The notes: generated from the sequence alone by a model not told the origin. DNA of 54,605 bases from Callorhinchus milii (GCF_018977255.1 NW_024705317.1:1-54605), one strand, 5' to 3'. Shown: positions 1 to 12,050, counted from the first letter of the stretch. Made by a program: numbers and translations.

Positions 1-689
1 CGGTTTGATGAGGGGGGTGGAGGCAGGACTGGTTTGGACAGCAATTGCCACAGATGTTAGCCATAGTTGGAAATCAATATTAGTTCACTGGGTTCGTAGC
101 AGTACCAGAAATTAGATGGAATTGGCCCTGTATAATGTAAATACATTATGTAAGGTATTTGGACGATGTGATTTTTTGACGAACATTTCGTTTTCATATA
201 CAGTAAATAAAACGAATACAATGATGGTTATAGTGTTGTATACATTTTGCTCACCTTGCTTTAGTCACGGATCTTTTGAAGTCTCCGTTGGCTGGATGTG
301 GGGGTTACAGTGTGAAAGAAGAAAAAAAAAGACCCGCACAATTTAATGAAACAAAATATTAAAACAACACAAACAGACACATTTCTGCTACCACTGTGGA
401 AGTATTTTTCCCCTGCAAAACAGCGGGGCAGGTAATTCAGAAACAAAAGCTCCACTGTGGGGCACATGTGAAATTAATTTGTTGCCTCTGAGCCTATGGC
501 TCACTCCTGACAGCAGACACATTCATAAGTCCTGGCTAAGCAATGCCACGTGGGATGAAATGCTACACCAGTGCGGCTATCAAAAACACCACCAATCCAC
601 AATCCACACTTGACAAGTTTCACTGATTTCACGAAGCCACCTTTTGTTGGTGCATTCACAGATTTCACATTGAGACCCTTCATGTGTAT

Positions 690-884
690 GGGCCTCCCAT
701 AGGTCGACCCAGCCTTAAATGAGTAGCTGATGCCGTGTGTAAACATCGCCACTGGGGAGACAAAGGCGATCGGGCGTGGTGCTGGCCACCCACTCCCTCG
801 TGTGCCGTTCAGGCCTTCATAGGTGCTCGCTAACAGCACTTGCCCCAACAGTCTGCTCAGGCAATACGGGGGGATCTTTGTCTT
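690..884 (+). mobile_element. SINE body/3' part (Nin/Deu-like conserved core); family also at 10767-11048 and 14290-14490
   Basis: AGGTCGACCCAGCCTTAAATGAGTA core and ATAGGTGCTCGCTAACAGCACTTGCCCCAACA...GGGGATCTTTGTCTTT tail recur in reverse complement at 10767-10965 and directly at about 14385-14490. Confidence 0.65.
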
Positions 885-969
885 TAGTGTATGTGCGATA
901 CAATGTAGAAACGCCTGTATGGCATTAGTATTACACGCGCATGTGTCTCGTATTCAATAATGTACTCGT

Positions 970-1233
970 GTTTATTTTCAGACCTTTCTTTGCCACCGCT
1001 GCACGAAGGCCTCCCCACAACGATCACAGTGATCACACACTGGACCCAAAAACGAATGTACATATTTAATGTGCATACATTGACCACACACACTGTGCGT
1101 GGTCACTGTGGGTTGGTGGAGGGGAAGCCCACAGGACCCGTGCGGACATCACTCGCCACTGATGCCATCCATGGCCAGGATTCGAACTCGAGTCGTCAGG
1201 TTCATTGCGTAAATCACAACACCACCACTCCCC
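970..1233 (-). mobile_element. tRNA-derived SINE with RTE-like 3' tail
   Basis: The minus strand has a tRNA-like head with B box GAGTTCGAATCC and a 3' end GGCCTTCGTGCAGCGGTGG. Similar to copies at 17205, 44464 and 47275. Confidence 0.6.
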
Positions 1234-1799
1234 CTATTTAATATACGTGTGTTTAACACGCGTTTTTTAAGATTCGTATGCAGTTAACGTGTGTATGTGA
1301 AGGGTGCATATACAGATTATTGAAAATGCATGTTTATATGTTGAGTGGGCTGGGTGTATGGGGGCAGCAAACCATTATCCAGTGACCCCCAAACTAGAAC
1401 AAACACAGCGTGATACAAAGTGTGGTGTATTCATGACTACATTCATGCTTGCAGGTCAGTGGGTGTGCAGTGTCAAATGTTAGTCTTTTTTTGTTGTGTT
1501 GCCTACAACTAACTCACAGCCACAACTTTCTGCTAATTATTTAAAAAATTACTATAAATAATTATCAGCTCATGGGGCCTATATGGCCGATTGGAGGCCC
1601 AGGCTGTACAAGGAGCAACTAAGTAATGCATGGACCCAAACACGGCAGAATTGTTTGGACCCAAAAACGAATGTACATACATCATGTGCATACATAATGT
1701 ACATACATCATGCACATTATGTATGTTATTAATTGTGAAGAACGGAACAAATAATAAAGATCAATTATAATTTATATTAATACATTACCCCCCCCCCTT

Positions 1800-2192
1800 A
1801 TCTTCATACCTAATTGGCTCACATGTGACGACATCACATGTATTTCTCTATTTAAGCCCAAAACAGGATTTCTCCACGACTCTGGCTATCGCCTGATGAT
1901 GCTAGCTGTAATTACCGCCGAAACATCGTACACAAATTGTAAATGTTGTGGGTTTACTCTCCAACACACCGGTGTGCTGAACTAGTCACGATCTGGCGCG
2001 GTTTGTTCACGTGACAAACTTCTAGATTTGAAGCTTTCGTGACTGCAAGGATTCATATTCTTAGGTTTTTTCGGTAAAGTCACGTAGGTACACACGTGAC
2101 AAACCTTACTAACTGGCTGTGTCGGGTGGTGGCAGGTTCAACAACACATTTATATTTACGCGATTTGACCCAAAAAAACTATTATGAATAAT
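1800..2192 (+). mobile_element. Penelope-like element pseudo-LTR fragment (family C) with degenerate hammerhead core, interrupted by a family B insert
   Basis: CTGATGA (1893-1899)...GAAAC (1920-1924). Downstream sequence aligns with 42601-42770 (TTGTAAATGTTGTGG...GTGTCGGGTGGTGG...ACGCGAT...ATTATGAATAAT). Left boundary approximate. Confidence 0.6.
2021..2090 (-). mobile_element. PLE 3'-terminal fragment (family B)
   Basis: Reverse complement of TACCTACGTGACTTTACCGAAAAAACC...ATGAATCCTTGCAGTCACGAAAGCTTCAAATCTAGA. Flanked by 12-bp direct repeat CACGTGACAAAC (2008-2019, 2093-2104). Confidence 0.8.
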
Positions 2193-2930
2193 GAACCAAT
2201 GTGTACAGCCGAATATACACAAGACAAAGCTACCTGTGTATATGGATAGCCTTGGCTATTTGCTTGTACAGTCTTGGCTGTACGGCACCACACATTCCTG
2301 CGGCACATGGGTGTGGTAAGAACCGTGCCTGGACCAGTCTCCACGTGGCTGCCTAAGTCCCAGATGCCCTTCCTTTTTGCCTGAATGCCAGTAGCAGAAA
2401 TGGATGGAATTAGGCCAATTCTACGCTATACGCATCAGAAATACGTAGTATTTCAATGTGGATTCTGGCAGTGTGGAATGGGCCTGAAGCGGCATTGTGG
2501 TTGGCTAGAATTAGCAATGCTCGACGATGCGGAGCATAACTGAAGCTTAACTAGGCTAGATTTGCAATAGAATCACAATAAAATCCCATTCGGTTGCACA
2601 AATTTTCCATTGTAGAATCCCATTCCGTTGAATGGATATTTTTTACTTGAGAATTGTCAACAGAATGACTCATGATTTCTGCTAGAATTGTCCAGCAGTA
2701 GACTCGTGGAGATTGAAAATGATTCCAACATGAGTCACCCAGTTCTAATTGTCATGTCAATATCCCATTTACCAAGAAAAGCTTTCCTGAGTCTCAAGAA
2801 TATTTTTAAGCAGAATCCTGTGTTTGAATGTATGACCAACTCCTTTTGAAGTTATTCGCTGTGCAAGCGACCTGCAGATTAAAGAGTCAATGTCTGTCCC
2901 GCCATCTCCTAGCCATCTTGCACTACTCAA

Positions 2931-3014
2931 GGCCTCTAACACGTGGTATTCCCTGGCAGCCTCCCATCCAAGTACTCACCAAGCTTAGCTTCCAAGATTT
3001 GATGTGATTAGGGG
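2931..3014 (-). pseudogene. 5S rRNA-derived sequence (pseudogene or 5S-SINE head) with internal deletion
   Basis: Minus strand ATCTTGGAAGCTAAGC-TTGGTGAGTACTTGGATGGGAGGCTGCCAGGGAATACCACGTGTTAGAGGC matches the 3' two-thirds of eukaryotic 5S rRNA, including boxes A and C, with a deletion of about 10 nt. Confidence 0.75.
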
Positions 3015-5159
3015 AATCCATGATTTTATCACAGAGCATGTATGTACTGTACTGTATGTGGTTCCATGTGTATACATGTGTGTGGTACAACAAACTAGTA
3101 TGTTACAAGGTTATAAGCTCTGGTTCAACAGCGTGTGTTTGGCTGGGAGGTGCTTTTCCATGCACATAATGTCATCTCCTTGTGTTACTATTGATTTGGA
3201 AAATAGGCCAGTATGTATGTGTGTGCATAATGAACTTCTTTCACACCGTAAGTAGCCAACCGCTCTAATCGGAGGTGTGTGTAGCCTTCCACATTAAGAT
3301 GCCTCCCTTTGAAGCTTTGACTCGGCAGTAACAATGAAGACGCGTAATTAATGGCGTCCATTGGAAATGTTCTATTAAAGATGGCCAGAGACGTCAGCAT
3401 GTTATTACTGTTTCGTGGCATCCGCCATTGGCCCTCAAGGACATCACAGTATCATGCCACAATACCTGCCCTAATTATACCACATCACACTGTGTATAAG
3501 GAGGGACAGCAGTATATTTCATACATGACTCGAATACCGCTTGTAAATATCAGAGTCAAGCAGACAGCGGGCAAAGTTGGCTTCCAGCTGGCTTCGCGCG
3601 GACTTCACAAACCTCAAGCACTGCAGGAATAAAAATAAGGGATTTGGCAAGCAGACAGCAGAATGTCAACTATAATGCCAAACAGAAAGAAAGCTTTCTT
3701 TTGACGGGCGTTGTTAACGAGTGTCCTTACCTCTCACTTCAAAGGTGACACGGAACAACCGAGTTTCTGTGACTCGAGTGTACACTTCGTCCGTGTGGGG
3801 TTGTAATAAAATCTTTTTACATTTCCACATAACTAAAATAACACAATTCTTCACCCCTGTGTGCTTGTTATTTTTAAAAAAGGCTAATTAGTAATGGGTG
3901 TGGATGGTAATTGCAGACAAATGTGTAACCTTCTACCACAAGGCTGCTATGCGCACTAAAACGGTCAATGTCAAACACATTGTCCATCATCATCATCTGT
4001 TCTTTGTCTTTTTCATAAAAACCATCACAGCAAATACATATTATTACTCTGACGATCATAATCCATGAAGTAATCATTGCCCATTAGTCCGTTTGTTATT
4101 ACAATTACTCTATTGCAACGGTACATATAAGTTTTACCTTTTATTACGCATCATATGAAAATATTATTTTCATGACATTATTACCGTCATTATCATCGAA
4201 TCTTTTACTGTAAGTTTTAGAAATGTATGCAGTAATGTCCTAGTCATTGTTTCATTCCTCCTCCTCATCATCTTTATCCATCCATTGATCATTGCCAATA
4301 TCGAAATTCATGACCATCATCAATACGATCATATTTCTCACTGACCACAGGAAATTGATTAAGCCACATTTCCAGAAAGCATGGTCCAACGTTGTTGTTG
4401 TTGTTAATAAGCCACGAAGTGAAACCACTGGAATTTGGCTTTGAGAGGACCACCTTGGAGGGTGTCGCAAGAAACACCACCAGTCCTCGGAGATGTTCTT
4501 TATAAAAGGGACAGTGTTGAAGTCAATGCTTGAAAAAGCATGTACAGAATGAATGCTTAATACATTCACGTGATTAATTATACGTTTTGTATTTGGCCCA
4601 CTATTGAAAAAAAATTGCCTTTAGGGGTTTCTTGGCATCCTCCATCCTGGAAATTCGTAATGTTGCTCTATTTTGAGTTGTTTTTACTTTAAATGTAAAC
4701 CATGATACATTGTTCCAGTATTTCGTAGCAATCATTTGGATCGTGGAATTTAGTTTTAACACTTTTCGTTTTTTGGCACTTTTTAAAAGTTGTTATTTGC
4801 CACGGAAAAGCTTGAAATTATAAACTTCGATTCAAACTGTGGTGAAGCGACCCAAGAATTGGCCAGCGTTCAATAAGAATTAAAAACATGTTTTGGTTCT
4901 GTCTAAATGTATATTTTATGGTGCACATTAATTCGTGACAAAGGATTAATTGCTGGCACATTTGTACATTTCATTGTGAAGGCAATAAATACTTCCACTG
5001 TCATCAACAACTCTAACGTAGCCTTTAATCCAATTGAGACAAATGCCTGACGTGTGTTTTCACTTCGGTAAGATTTGCCACCTTTAAAGATCATCACAAT
5101 AAATACATGTGTATTTTCGACTTTGTCAAGCCAAAAACACTCCCATTTACAGTACATAT

Positions 5160-6013
5160 GGGAGAGCAGTAGTGCAGTAGTTGGGGCACCAGACTATGAA
5201 CCCAATGACCCGAGTTTGATTTCCAGCCATCGCCCCAGCCGCGCCTCCCTTCTCGAACCCTCTAGAGCAGGGGTCCCCAACACCCGGGCCGCAGACTGGA
5301 CCGGTCCGTGGCCTGTTAGGAACCGGGCCGCACAGCAGGAGGTGAGTGGTGAGTCCGCACGTGGCCCGCCCGTTATTTTATAATTTACCACTTCCGTCCG
5401 CACCTTTTCCCGCACTGAGCACTTGTCTCAGTCACAGTTTTGGTAAGCCCACAAGCTGATAACCCCTAGCCACAGTGAGTAATAAATAAACGTGGCTGGA
5501 GAGCTTCTTTGAAAAGGGAGAAAGACCCAATGATGAACCCCCCTCCCCCACGAAACCGGTCCCTGGTGCCAAAAAGTTTGGGAGCGTTGCTCTAGAGGGC
5601 TCCCGAGGCTTCCACACGAGGTCTTCCATGACCCTTGCCCCAGTTCCTCCACCCTGCTGCCGGCACACCCGCGTATATGCTCAGCGGCGTGTGCGCTAAG
5701 TGCCCACCTGCAGTTGCTGCTGCTGTCCAACAGTCAGCGCTATGTCACTACACATACACCCAGCAGTATAAATCGGTACAACACAGTTAGTCTTTTGGCA
5801 TGTTGCATGTTGGGGGTTCACGTGTGGGTATTCCCACCTCTTTTAAAATGTCCGGCCAGTGTGGAAGAGGAAGCCAATATATATACTAATGAGGCTTTCT
5901 CGATCGCCCTCTTGCGGAGGCATAAGCTAGTAATTGAAGTCATACCGTAGACAGTCAAGCCACAAGGATCCTCACACCATACACTGGAAATGTGGATAAC
6001 CCAGACTTTCTTT
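5160..6013 (+). mobile_element. tRNA-headed SINE (Nin/Deu-like) interrupted by a hAT MITE
   Basis: Head GGGAGAGCAGTAGTGCAGTAG...GAACCCAATGACCCGAGTTTGATTTCC, then core ACACCCAGCAGTATAAATCGGTAC and GCCAGTGTGGAAGAGG. Confidence 0.45.
5268..5589 (+). mobile_element. hAT-Charlie non-autonomous DNA transposon, MER1/Charlie3-like
   Basis: TIRs CAGGGGTCCCCAA / TTTGGGAGCGTTG with a perfect 8-bp TSD CTCTAGAG (5260-5267, 5590-5597). Subterminal sequences GGTCCGTGGCCTGTTAGGAACCGGGCCGCACAGCAGGAGGTGAG and GAAACCGGTCCCTGGTGCCAAAAAG match the MER1 consensus as recalled. Internal remnant reads LESFFEKGERPNDE. Confidence 0.88.
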
Positions 6014-8419
6014 AGAAGTTAAACAGATATATAGATACTAAAACAAATAGGATATGCAGCCATATAGTGTGTACGTTTTTGTGGTCTAATACATTTAATA
6101 TATTTTTTATAATTGCAATTCGTAAGTCTTCAAGTGATGTATCTCCAACCGCACTCTTGTCTTTAAACAAAAACCATGCTAACTTTTTCTTGAATTCAAT
6201 CAATAGAATGAGTAACACCTTTAAATGCATTGATTTAACTCTTTAACCAGACACTGTGAATGCCTGTGGAAGCTGCTTTTTTAAAATACTGTAATAATAA
6301 TATTCCACATCCATATGTCAATCCACCGCTGCATGAAGGCATTCTCATGCCAGTCATGGGGGTTGTTTACAGTTCACGCTAGTTTATATAATACTGTTTT
6401 CATTTAGACACTGTAGGCTATTGTTTCATTGAAGCGACGTGTGCCATTGCTCAGTTGCTAAACTTGTGTCGTGCTGTAAAGCGGTCTGCTGCTAAAGCGG
6501 CTGCAAGTGCGTTAACCAAACGAAATCATTTGGATAAACAATAACACATTCAGCGTCCTTTCAGTGTAGGAAGAGCTTGGTTTCAGTCCCAAAGCTGGCA
6601 AGATGAAATAGGTACAGCGGAGAATGCTAAGGCATACGCATTTGCTCATTTAAACGAACTTACAGGGCTCTGTTTAGCGACTTGCAACGGCCGTTGATAT
6701 CAATCAGATGCATTTGATAATTTCAAACAAAACCTAGAATGGAAAACAAAGAGCGAGTTGTTTTTTTTCTACAGGCCGTATCATTATAGGAGCTTTCAGG
6801 GCGATTGTTTCTCGGTTAGAAATTATCCTAATCCTGGGACAACGGTAGTCAGCCATCCTGGTCACCGATCAGAGCTGAGCTAATCATGCCAGGCAGGGCT
6901 CCGTTTAAACACACATCCATGGCTCATTAACTCCGCTGAATGGCTCGCGCCGAAGACAAAGATCTGAATGCTGAATAGCATCACATAATTCCCACCAAAC
7001 CTCCACAATCATACACTGTGCTCTATCGTTTATTCTCTTTCAGACTGTTCATTATGCTGTGAACAAGATAGAGAAGTGTAGTGTAAATGGTATAAGCATG
7101 TGTCACGTGTGCAAAAAAGTGCTAAAATAAGTTGTGATCGTTCAAGAAAATGTACTTATATATTGCACAGATTGTAATGTATTTACATAAACGTTCATTG
7201 TAAGTTTACAGAAGCCGTGTTGTGGCCAGAGAGCATTGGTTTAATTTGAAGAGCACACCTTAACATATTTTGTAGGTATATTGGACATTTAATCAACATC
7301 ATGATGTCGTCATGACAAAAGTTGTTGATATGGAATAGCCCACTTTTGGTACACAGTTGCTACCATTGAGAGATTTTTTTTTACATTTGTAAGTGGTCAG
7401 GTATTTATTACTCCCACGAGAATTTACATGAATGACATTTGGAAACAGACTCACTTTTACGATCTCTAGACTAACATTTATAATTGAACCTTATGGCGGA
7501 ACGCCCCCAGCTCTCGCATAAACATTATATTATAATGTAAACAAAAACCTTGCTCTTTTTCACCAATGGGTTTGAAGGGTGGTGGCAAGTGTTGTCTTGT
7601 TAAACTATGCCTTTAAAACTGAAAACTACTTATCTGCAGTACCTCTATTTAAATACACTATCGAACATTTTTTTACCCCTCTGTCAATCATCGTGTTTCT
7701 CAATGTGGATTTGTGAACACACTCTGTAAACAGTACATAAATTAGTACGCGTTTTCAATGCGCTGTTCATATTGTAGCAAGCGTTTACACCAATGTTACT
7801 CTACAGAGTAGTGGGTCGCCGCTCCTTTTATTCGCATTGATACGAGCGGTATGTGGGGACTGTGGCTAAACCGCAAAAAACCTATCTGCACAGATGCATA
7901 CGGACAAGAAAAGTAACAGGAGGAATTAACGGTGCAACGCATCTCATCTGTTAAATATCTGCAGGGAATAGGATTGTCATCGATTGATCCTGGCTGCAGA
8001 CATTGGTAGGTCACAAATAATAATGAAGATAAGAGAGCCGTTTCACTGTATTATGCAAACCGTTATGACAAATAAAGGATTCAAGTCGTGTCGGCAGTTT
8101 GAGCCGCTTTGGATAAGACTTATGATCCTGACAATACCCGAGCATGGAGTGCAGCATTCGCTTGTTCAGCTCTTCTGCGCATTCGTCCTCGCCGCTGCGC
8201 TTGGACACGGCGTGACAACAGAACGATATGTGCATGGTGGGACGGAGTCGCCAAAAATAAATTAATTACCGTAAGTACGATTTTGACTTCCGTTTATTCG
8301 AGACCCCAGGGTCCCACCATAAGGTTCAATTGTTGAAATGAAAAGATTAACCCGTAAAAACAAAGTTTTTCACTATAAATCCTTTATATGCGTGGCGGCT
8401 AGAGTCCTCTCGTCCTCTG

Positions 8420-8688
8420 GCTTGAGATGGCTGCCACTTATGGGTCAGATGATTGCCTGCCACCATTAAGCAATTGGTAATTAAATTAAAAAAAAAAATC
8501 CTAAAAGTTTAAAATTTTTGAAAAAAATTTCCACGAAAATAAATTGTCACGCACAACGAGTCTGTGTGCAAAATGTCAGCTCGATTGGATCACGGGAAGT
8601 GGGTTAAAAAAACGACCGAAAGATTTGCACGGTCGTAAGCGTGCAAGCAAGCAAGCAAGTGAACTTAATATAAATGATTTTAAAAAGT
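8420..8688 (+). mobile_element. Probable Helentron-associated (HINE/DINE-1-like) non-autonomous element
   Basis: GTGCAAAATGTCAGCTCGATTGGATCACGGGAAGTGGGTTAAAA motif, (GCAA)n microsatellite and AGTGAACTTAATATAAATGA end. A related motif occurs at 15730-15830. Confidence 0.4.
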
Positions 8689-9008
8689 ATAGATTTATAT
8701 AAAAATGGGAGCAACTGTTTTTTCGTCAAATGTAAAGGTTTTTCAATTGCATTGTCAGCGATTACAATGTTTTCTGCCAAACTTTTAATAAACATATTGT
8801 TTCGCATTAATTTTATCATTTATTTTACTTCACGTGTTACCACGAGTAACGTGAAGAATAACAGCCTAAAAACACATTTACATTTAATTCAGAAATAAAT
8901 AAAAATCTACAGGGGTCTAGAAAAACGTTACATATTTCAGAAAATAAAATTCCAAGAGGTTAGTCACTGAAACGGTGCAGAATAACGAGTCCAATGAAGG
9001 AGAAGGTT

Positions 9009-9165
9009 TTTCTTCTTCTTGGTTCTTTCGGTAAAGTCACGTAGAAGGGAAGTAAATAAAACATAAAATTATGTTTAATTTGTATTATTTTAGTACTTCC
9101 CTTCTACGTGACTTTACCGAAAGAACCAAGAAGATGAAACCCTGCAGTCACGAAAGCTTTAAATC
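9009..9165 (+). mobile_element. PLE-terminus fold-back insertion (family A)
   Basis: 41-bp perfect inverted arms 9014-9054 and 9094-9134, AT-rich loop, unpaired tail TGAAACCCTGCAGTCACGAAAGCTTTAAATC. TSD GAGAAGGTT (9000-9008, 9166-9174). Confidence 0.85.
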
Positions 9166-9672
9166 GAGAAGGTTGTTGCCTCCAATATTTTTGACTACGA
9201 TGTGAACAGGAATTCAGTCAACTGACAATATGGCATTAAAAAAATAGCCGAGAGGCTGCGCCACCTGCAGTAGGCAGCGTATTCCCACGAGCATTTGATT
9301 CGGGTTGACTGTGGCCCCTATTGTGCCACGTCCGATGTGCCACCAGTGAACCATCCTCTGCAAACACTTGCACTGATGTAGTTGTAATAGTCCCACAAAA
9401 GCAACGTCTATGCTTTCTGTAAACAATCTACGTGTCCATCGGCACCCACCTTGCAATGTCTTTTCGCTGGAGAGAGAGAAAAAGAAAAACGAACGTTACC
9501 TTTTCCAGTTGCTGGCCGCTTGGAGTTTTGGGCTTGTACTCGGCAAACGTGATGGGTTTTTTTGTTCTCTCTTTATCAAAGCAGTGCGGTTTCAAGCGCG
9601 ATTTGTTGAGAACGATAGACCAAGGGCTCCCTCTGGTGGAAGTGAAAGTCTGGGAGTGAGGCGCGCGCACTG

Positions 9673-10377
9673 CTGATCGCGATCACAGGAGGGTCCACCC
9701 TGATCGCCGATCACAGGAGGGCCCACCCTGATCGCGATCACAAGAGGGCCCACCCTGATCGTGATCACAGGAGGGCCACCCTGATCGTGATCACAGGAGG
9801 GCCCACCCTGATCGTGATCACAGTAGGGTCCACCATGATCGTGATCAGTGGAGGGCCCACCCTGATCGTGATCACAGGAGGGCCCACCCTGATCGCGATC
9901 ACAGGAGGGCCCACCCTGATCGTGATCACAGGAGGGCCCACCCTGATCGCGATCACAGGAGGGCCCACCCTGATCGTGATCACAGGAGGGCCCACCCTGA
10001 TCGTGATCACAGGAGGGCCCACCCTGATCGCGATCAGTGGAGGGCCCACCCTGATCGCGATCACAGGATCGCCCACCCTGATCGCGATCACAGGAGGGCC
10101 CACCCTGATCGTGATCACAGGAGGGCCCACCCTGATCGCGATCAGTGGAGGGCCCACCCTGATCGCGATCACAGGATCGCCCACCCTGATCGCGATCACA
10201 GGAGGGCCCACCCTGATCGTGATCACAGGAGGGCCCACCCTGATCGCGATCACAGGAGGGCCCACCCTGATCGTGATCACAGGAGGGCCCACCCTGATCG
10301 TGATCACAGGAGGGCCCACCCTGATTGTGATCACAGGAGGCCCACCCTGATTGTGATCACAGGAGGGCCCAACCCTG
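9673..10377. repeat. 27-bp minisatellite, about 26 copies (CACAGGAGGGCCCACCCTGATCG[C/T]GAT)
   Basis: Directly visible tandem periodicity. It produces the 9-aa repeat ORFs on both strands. Confidence 0.95.
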
Positions 10378-10766
10378 CAGCAAACGGGATTTATCTTTCT
10401 GAGACGAGGCAATTCTTATTTTTTTTTAAATCAGGTATTCTGATTGGTTTCATATTGTGAGCATATAATGAATCAATACTTACAGAATCTACGAGCAGAT
10501 GGTCGAACCGAAACGAAAAATTAAAACCAGAACCGGTTTTACCCGTAATATTTCCGGCACCGAAACCGAACACCAATTAAAATGATTTTTTTTACGTGCC
10601 GGAATGAAAACATATGTATTAAAAATGCGGTTACCGGTTGTAACCGGTTATATAAATGTATTGCGTTTAGCAGAACGATTCTGATGAGATTCAATTAATA
10701 TTGTATTTTAAGATATACGTTTGTATCTGTAAATCCGCAATGAACAATAGAGATGGACACAGAGAA

Positions 10767-11048
10767 AAAGACAAAGATCCCCGTATAGACTGAACAGGAT
10801 GTTGGGGCAAGTGCTGTTAGCGAGCACCTATGAAGGCCGGAACGGCACACGAGAGGGTAAGGGCCAGCACTACGCCGGGGCCGCCTTTGTCTCCCCAGTG
10901 GCGATGTTTAACACACCGCACCAGGTTCTCATTTGAGGCTGAGTCGACCTATGGGAAGGGCCAAGACCAGTTCAAACAATCGTCACCGGTGTTGGCAGTG
11001 AACGGGAATCGCCGGGTTCGTAGCGCAGCGCGCAAATCACCACACTCC
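10767..11048 (-). mobile_element. tRNA-headed SINE (same family as 690-884)
   Basis: Reverse complement matches 690-884. tRNA-like head (CTACGAACCCGGCGATTCCCG) at the right end. Confidence 0.65.
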
Positions 11049-11149
11049 TGCCCTGTGCATGTCGCTAGGGCTTGAAAATGCGTTGGTGCAGCAGTGGATC
11101 GATCATAGAATTGATCACATACTGCGTTACCTAACCAGAATGTTGTTTA

Positions 11150-11612
11150 CCCGGACATTCCGTTTTCCCCATGTAACCCGATGGGCGTTCCGTTTTTTTT
11201 TAAGGTCGCCTCTGGCAATTCTGGTTTTCCGAATGTTAGCCTCTGAGGATCGCGTTACGCGATCAAACCCACAAACCTCTATTGTCGATAATATTGGTCG
11301 CGAAAACCTATGTTTTGAACTGAGCCTTTGAGGAGTTTGTTTTTCCAATGTTGTCCTATGGCCATTTATAGTGCGAACCTATAGGTATTGTGTTTTACCA
11401 TGTAACCCTACGGATATTCCGTGTTCTCCTTTATAGTCTATGGGTATTCAATTTTCCCCATCCAGTCCTATGGGTATTCCTTTCTCATTGTTATCCTATG
11501 GGCATTCCGTTTTCCCAATATAACCATATTCTATTCCGTTTTCCCAATATAACCTCATATTCTATGGGCATTATTTTCTCATTACCATATGGACCTTCCG
11601 TTTTACCATGTG
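11150..11612. repeat. Degenerate tandem repeat of about 30 bp (ATGGGTATTCCGTTTTCCCCATGTAACCCT-like)
   Basis: Recurring ATTCCGTTTT(C/A)CC and TATGGG(C/T)ATT motifs at about 30-bp spacing. Confidence 0.55.
11250..11322 (+). mobile_element. PLE 3' terminus (family C) with 8-bp mini-inversion
   Basis: GATCGCGT-T-ACGCGATC hairpin, then ...ATAATATTGGTCGCGAAAACC. Flanked by AGCCT(C/T)TGAGGA (11238-11249, 11323-11334). Confidence 0.7.
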
Positions 11613-11619
11613 CCCCAAA

Positions 11620-11800
11620 TGACATTCGTTTATCTGTGATTCGTTTTGGTTTGTTCCACGTGTCCTTCCCAAGCCAACTTTTGTTAATAGCTCGGATGAG
11701 ATCGTTAACCTGCATTTCATCTCTAATCCACGTGCTCCTATTTCTGTCTCTCAAAGTAATTCCAAGCTTGTACCTCACCACGTTTCTTCTGCACACTTTT
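11620..11800 (-). mobile_element. RTE-clade LINE C-terminal fragment
   Basis: Translation YKLGITLRDRNRSTWIRDEMQVNDLIRAINK resembles the RTE C-terminal motif MLGITLRDRIRNEWIR. Confidence 0.7.
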
Positions 11801-11949
11801 TAAGTTTTTATCCCACTATCTTTCGTGAATGACCATGTTATCGCGTGTAACATGCACTGATTTAAAATGTTCTATTTCGGCGCGTGGGTACGTTACTTTT
11901 CATTATCAAGTTCAGCTTTGCAAATCCAGCTGTTGCCCACCTCTTAATT

Positions 11950-12050
11950 TGGAGTTTGAATGTTCTCCCCGTGGTCGCGTGGATTTCCCTCCGGGTCCTC
12001 TGGTTTTTCCCTCCACATTTAGAAACATGCATTTAGAGGAATTGGCTGCT
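11950..12050 (+). mobile_element. V-SINE core domain
   Basis: GGAGTTTGAATGTTCTCCCCGTGGTCGCGTGGATTTCCCTCCGGGT...AAACATGCA matches the V-domain. A second copy is at 52095-52299. Confidence 0.75.

Noticed and set aside
1893..1930. Active hammerhead at this copy
   Set aside because: Core motifs are present, but stem II no longer pairs and the ACGT palindrome is mutated. Kept only as a remnant.
3735..3832. Kunitz-like peptide CGNVKRFYYNPTRTKC...GC on the minus strand
   Set aside because: Cysteine spacing is off, the FxYGGC motif is absent and the frame hits a stop. Likely chance.
9009..9165. Classifying the hairpins as MITEs or rho-independent terminators
   Set aside because: Arms are asymmetric with a one-sided tail, centres vary, TSD length varies from 9 to 15 bp and hammerhead cores are present. 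This fits retro-insertion.
9673..10377. CRISPR array (also considered for the 40-bp and 41-bp arrays)
   Set aside because: Head-to-tail repeats with no unique spacers, no cas genes and a eukaryotic context.
9765..10412. 215-aa and 187-aa repeat ORFs as genes
   Set aside because: By-products of a stop-free 27-bp tandem unit, with no flanking coding context.
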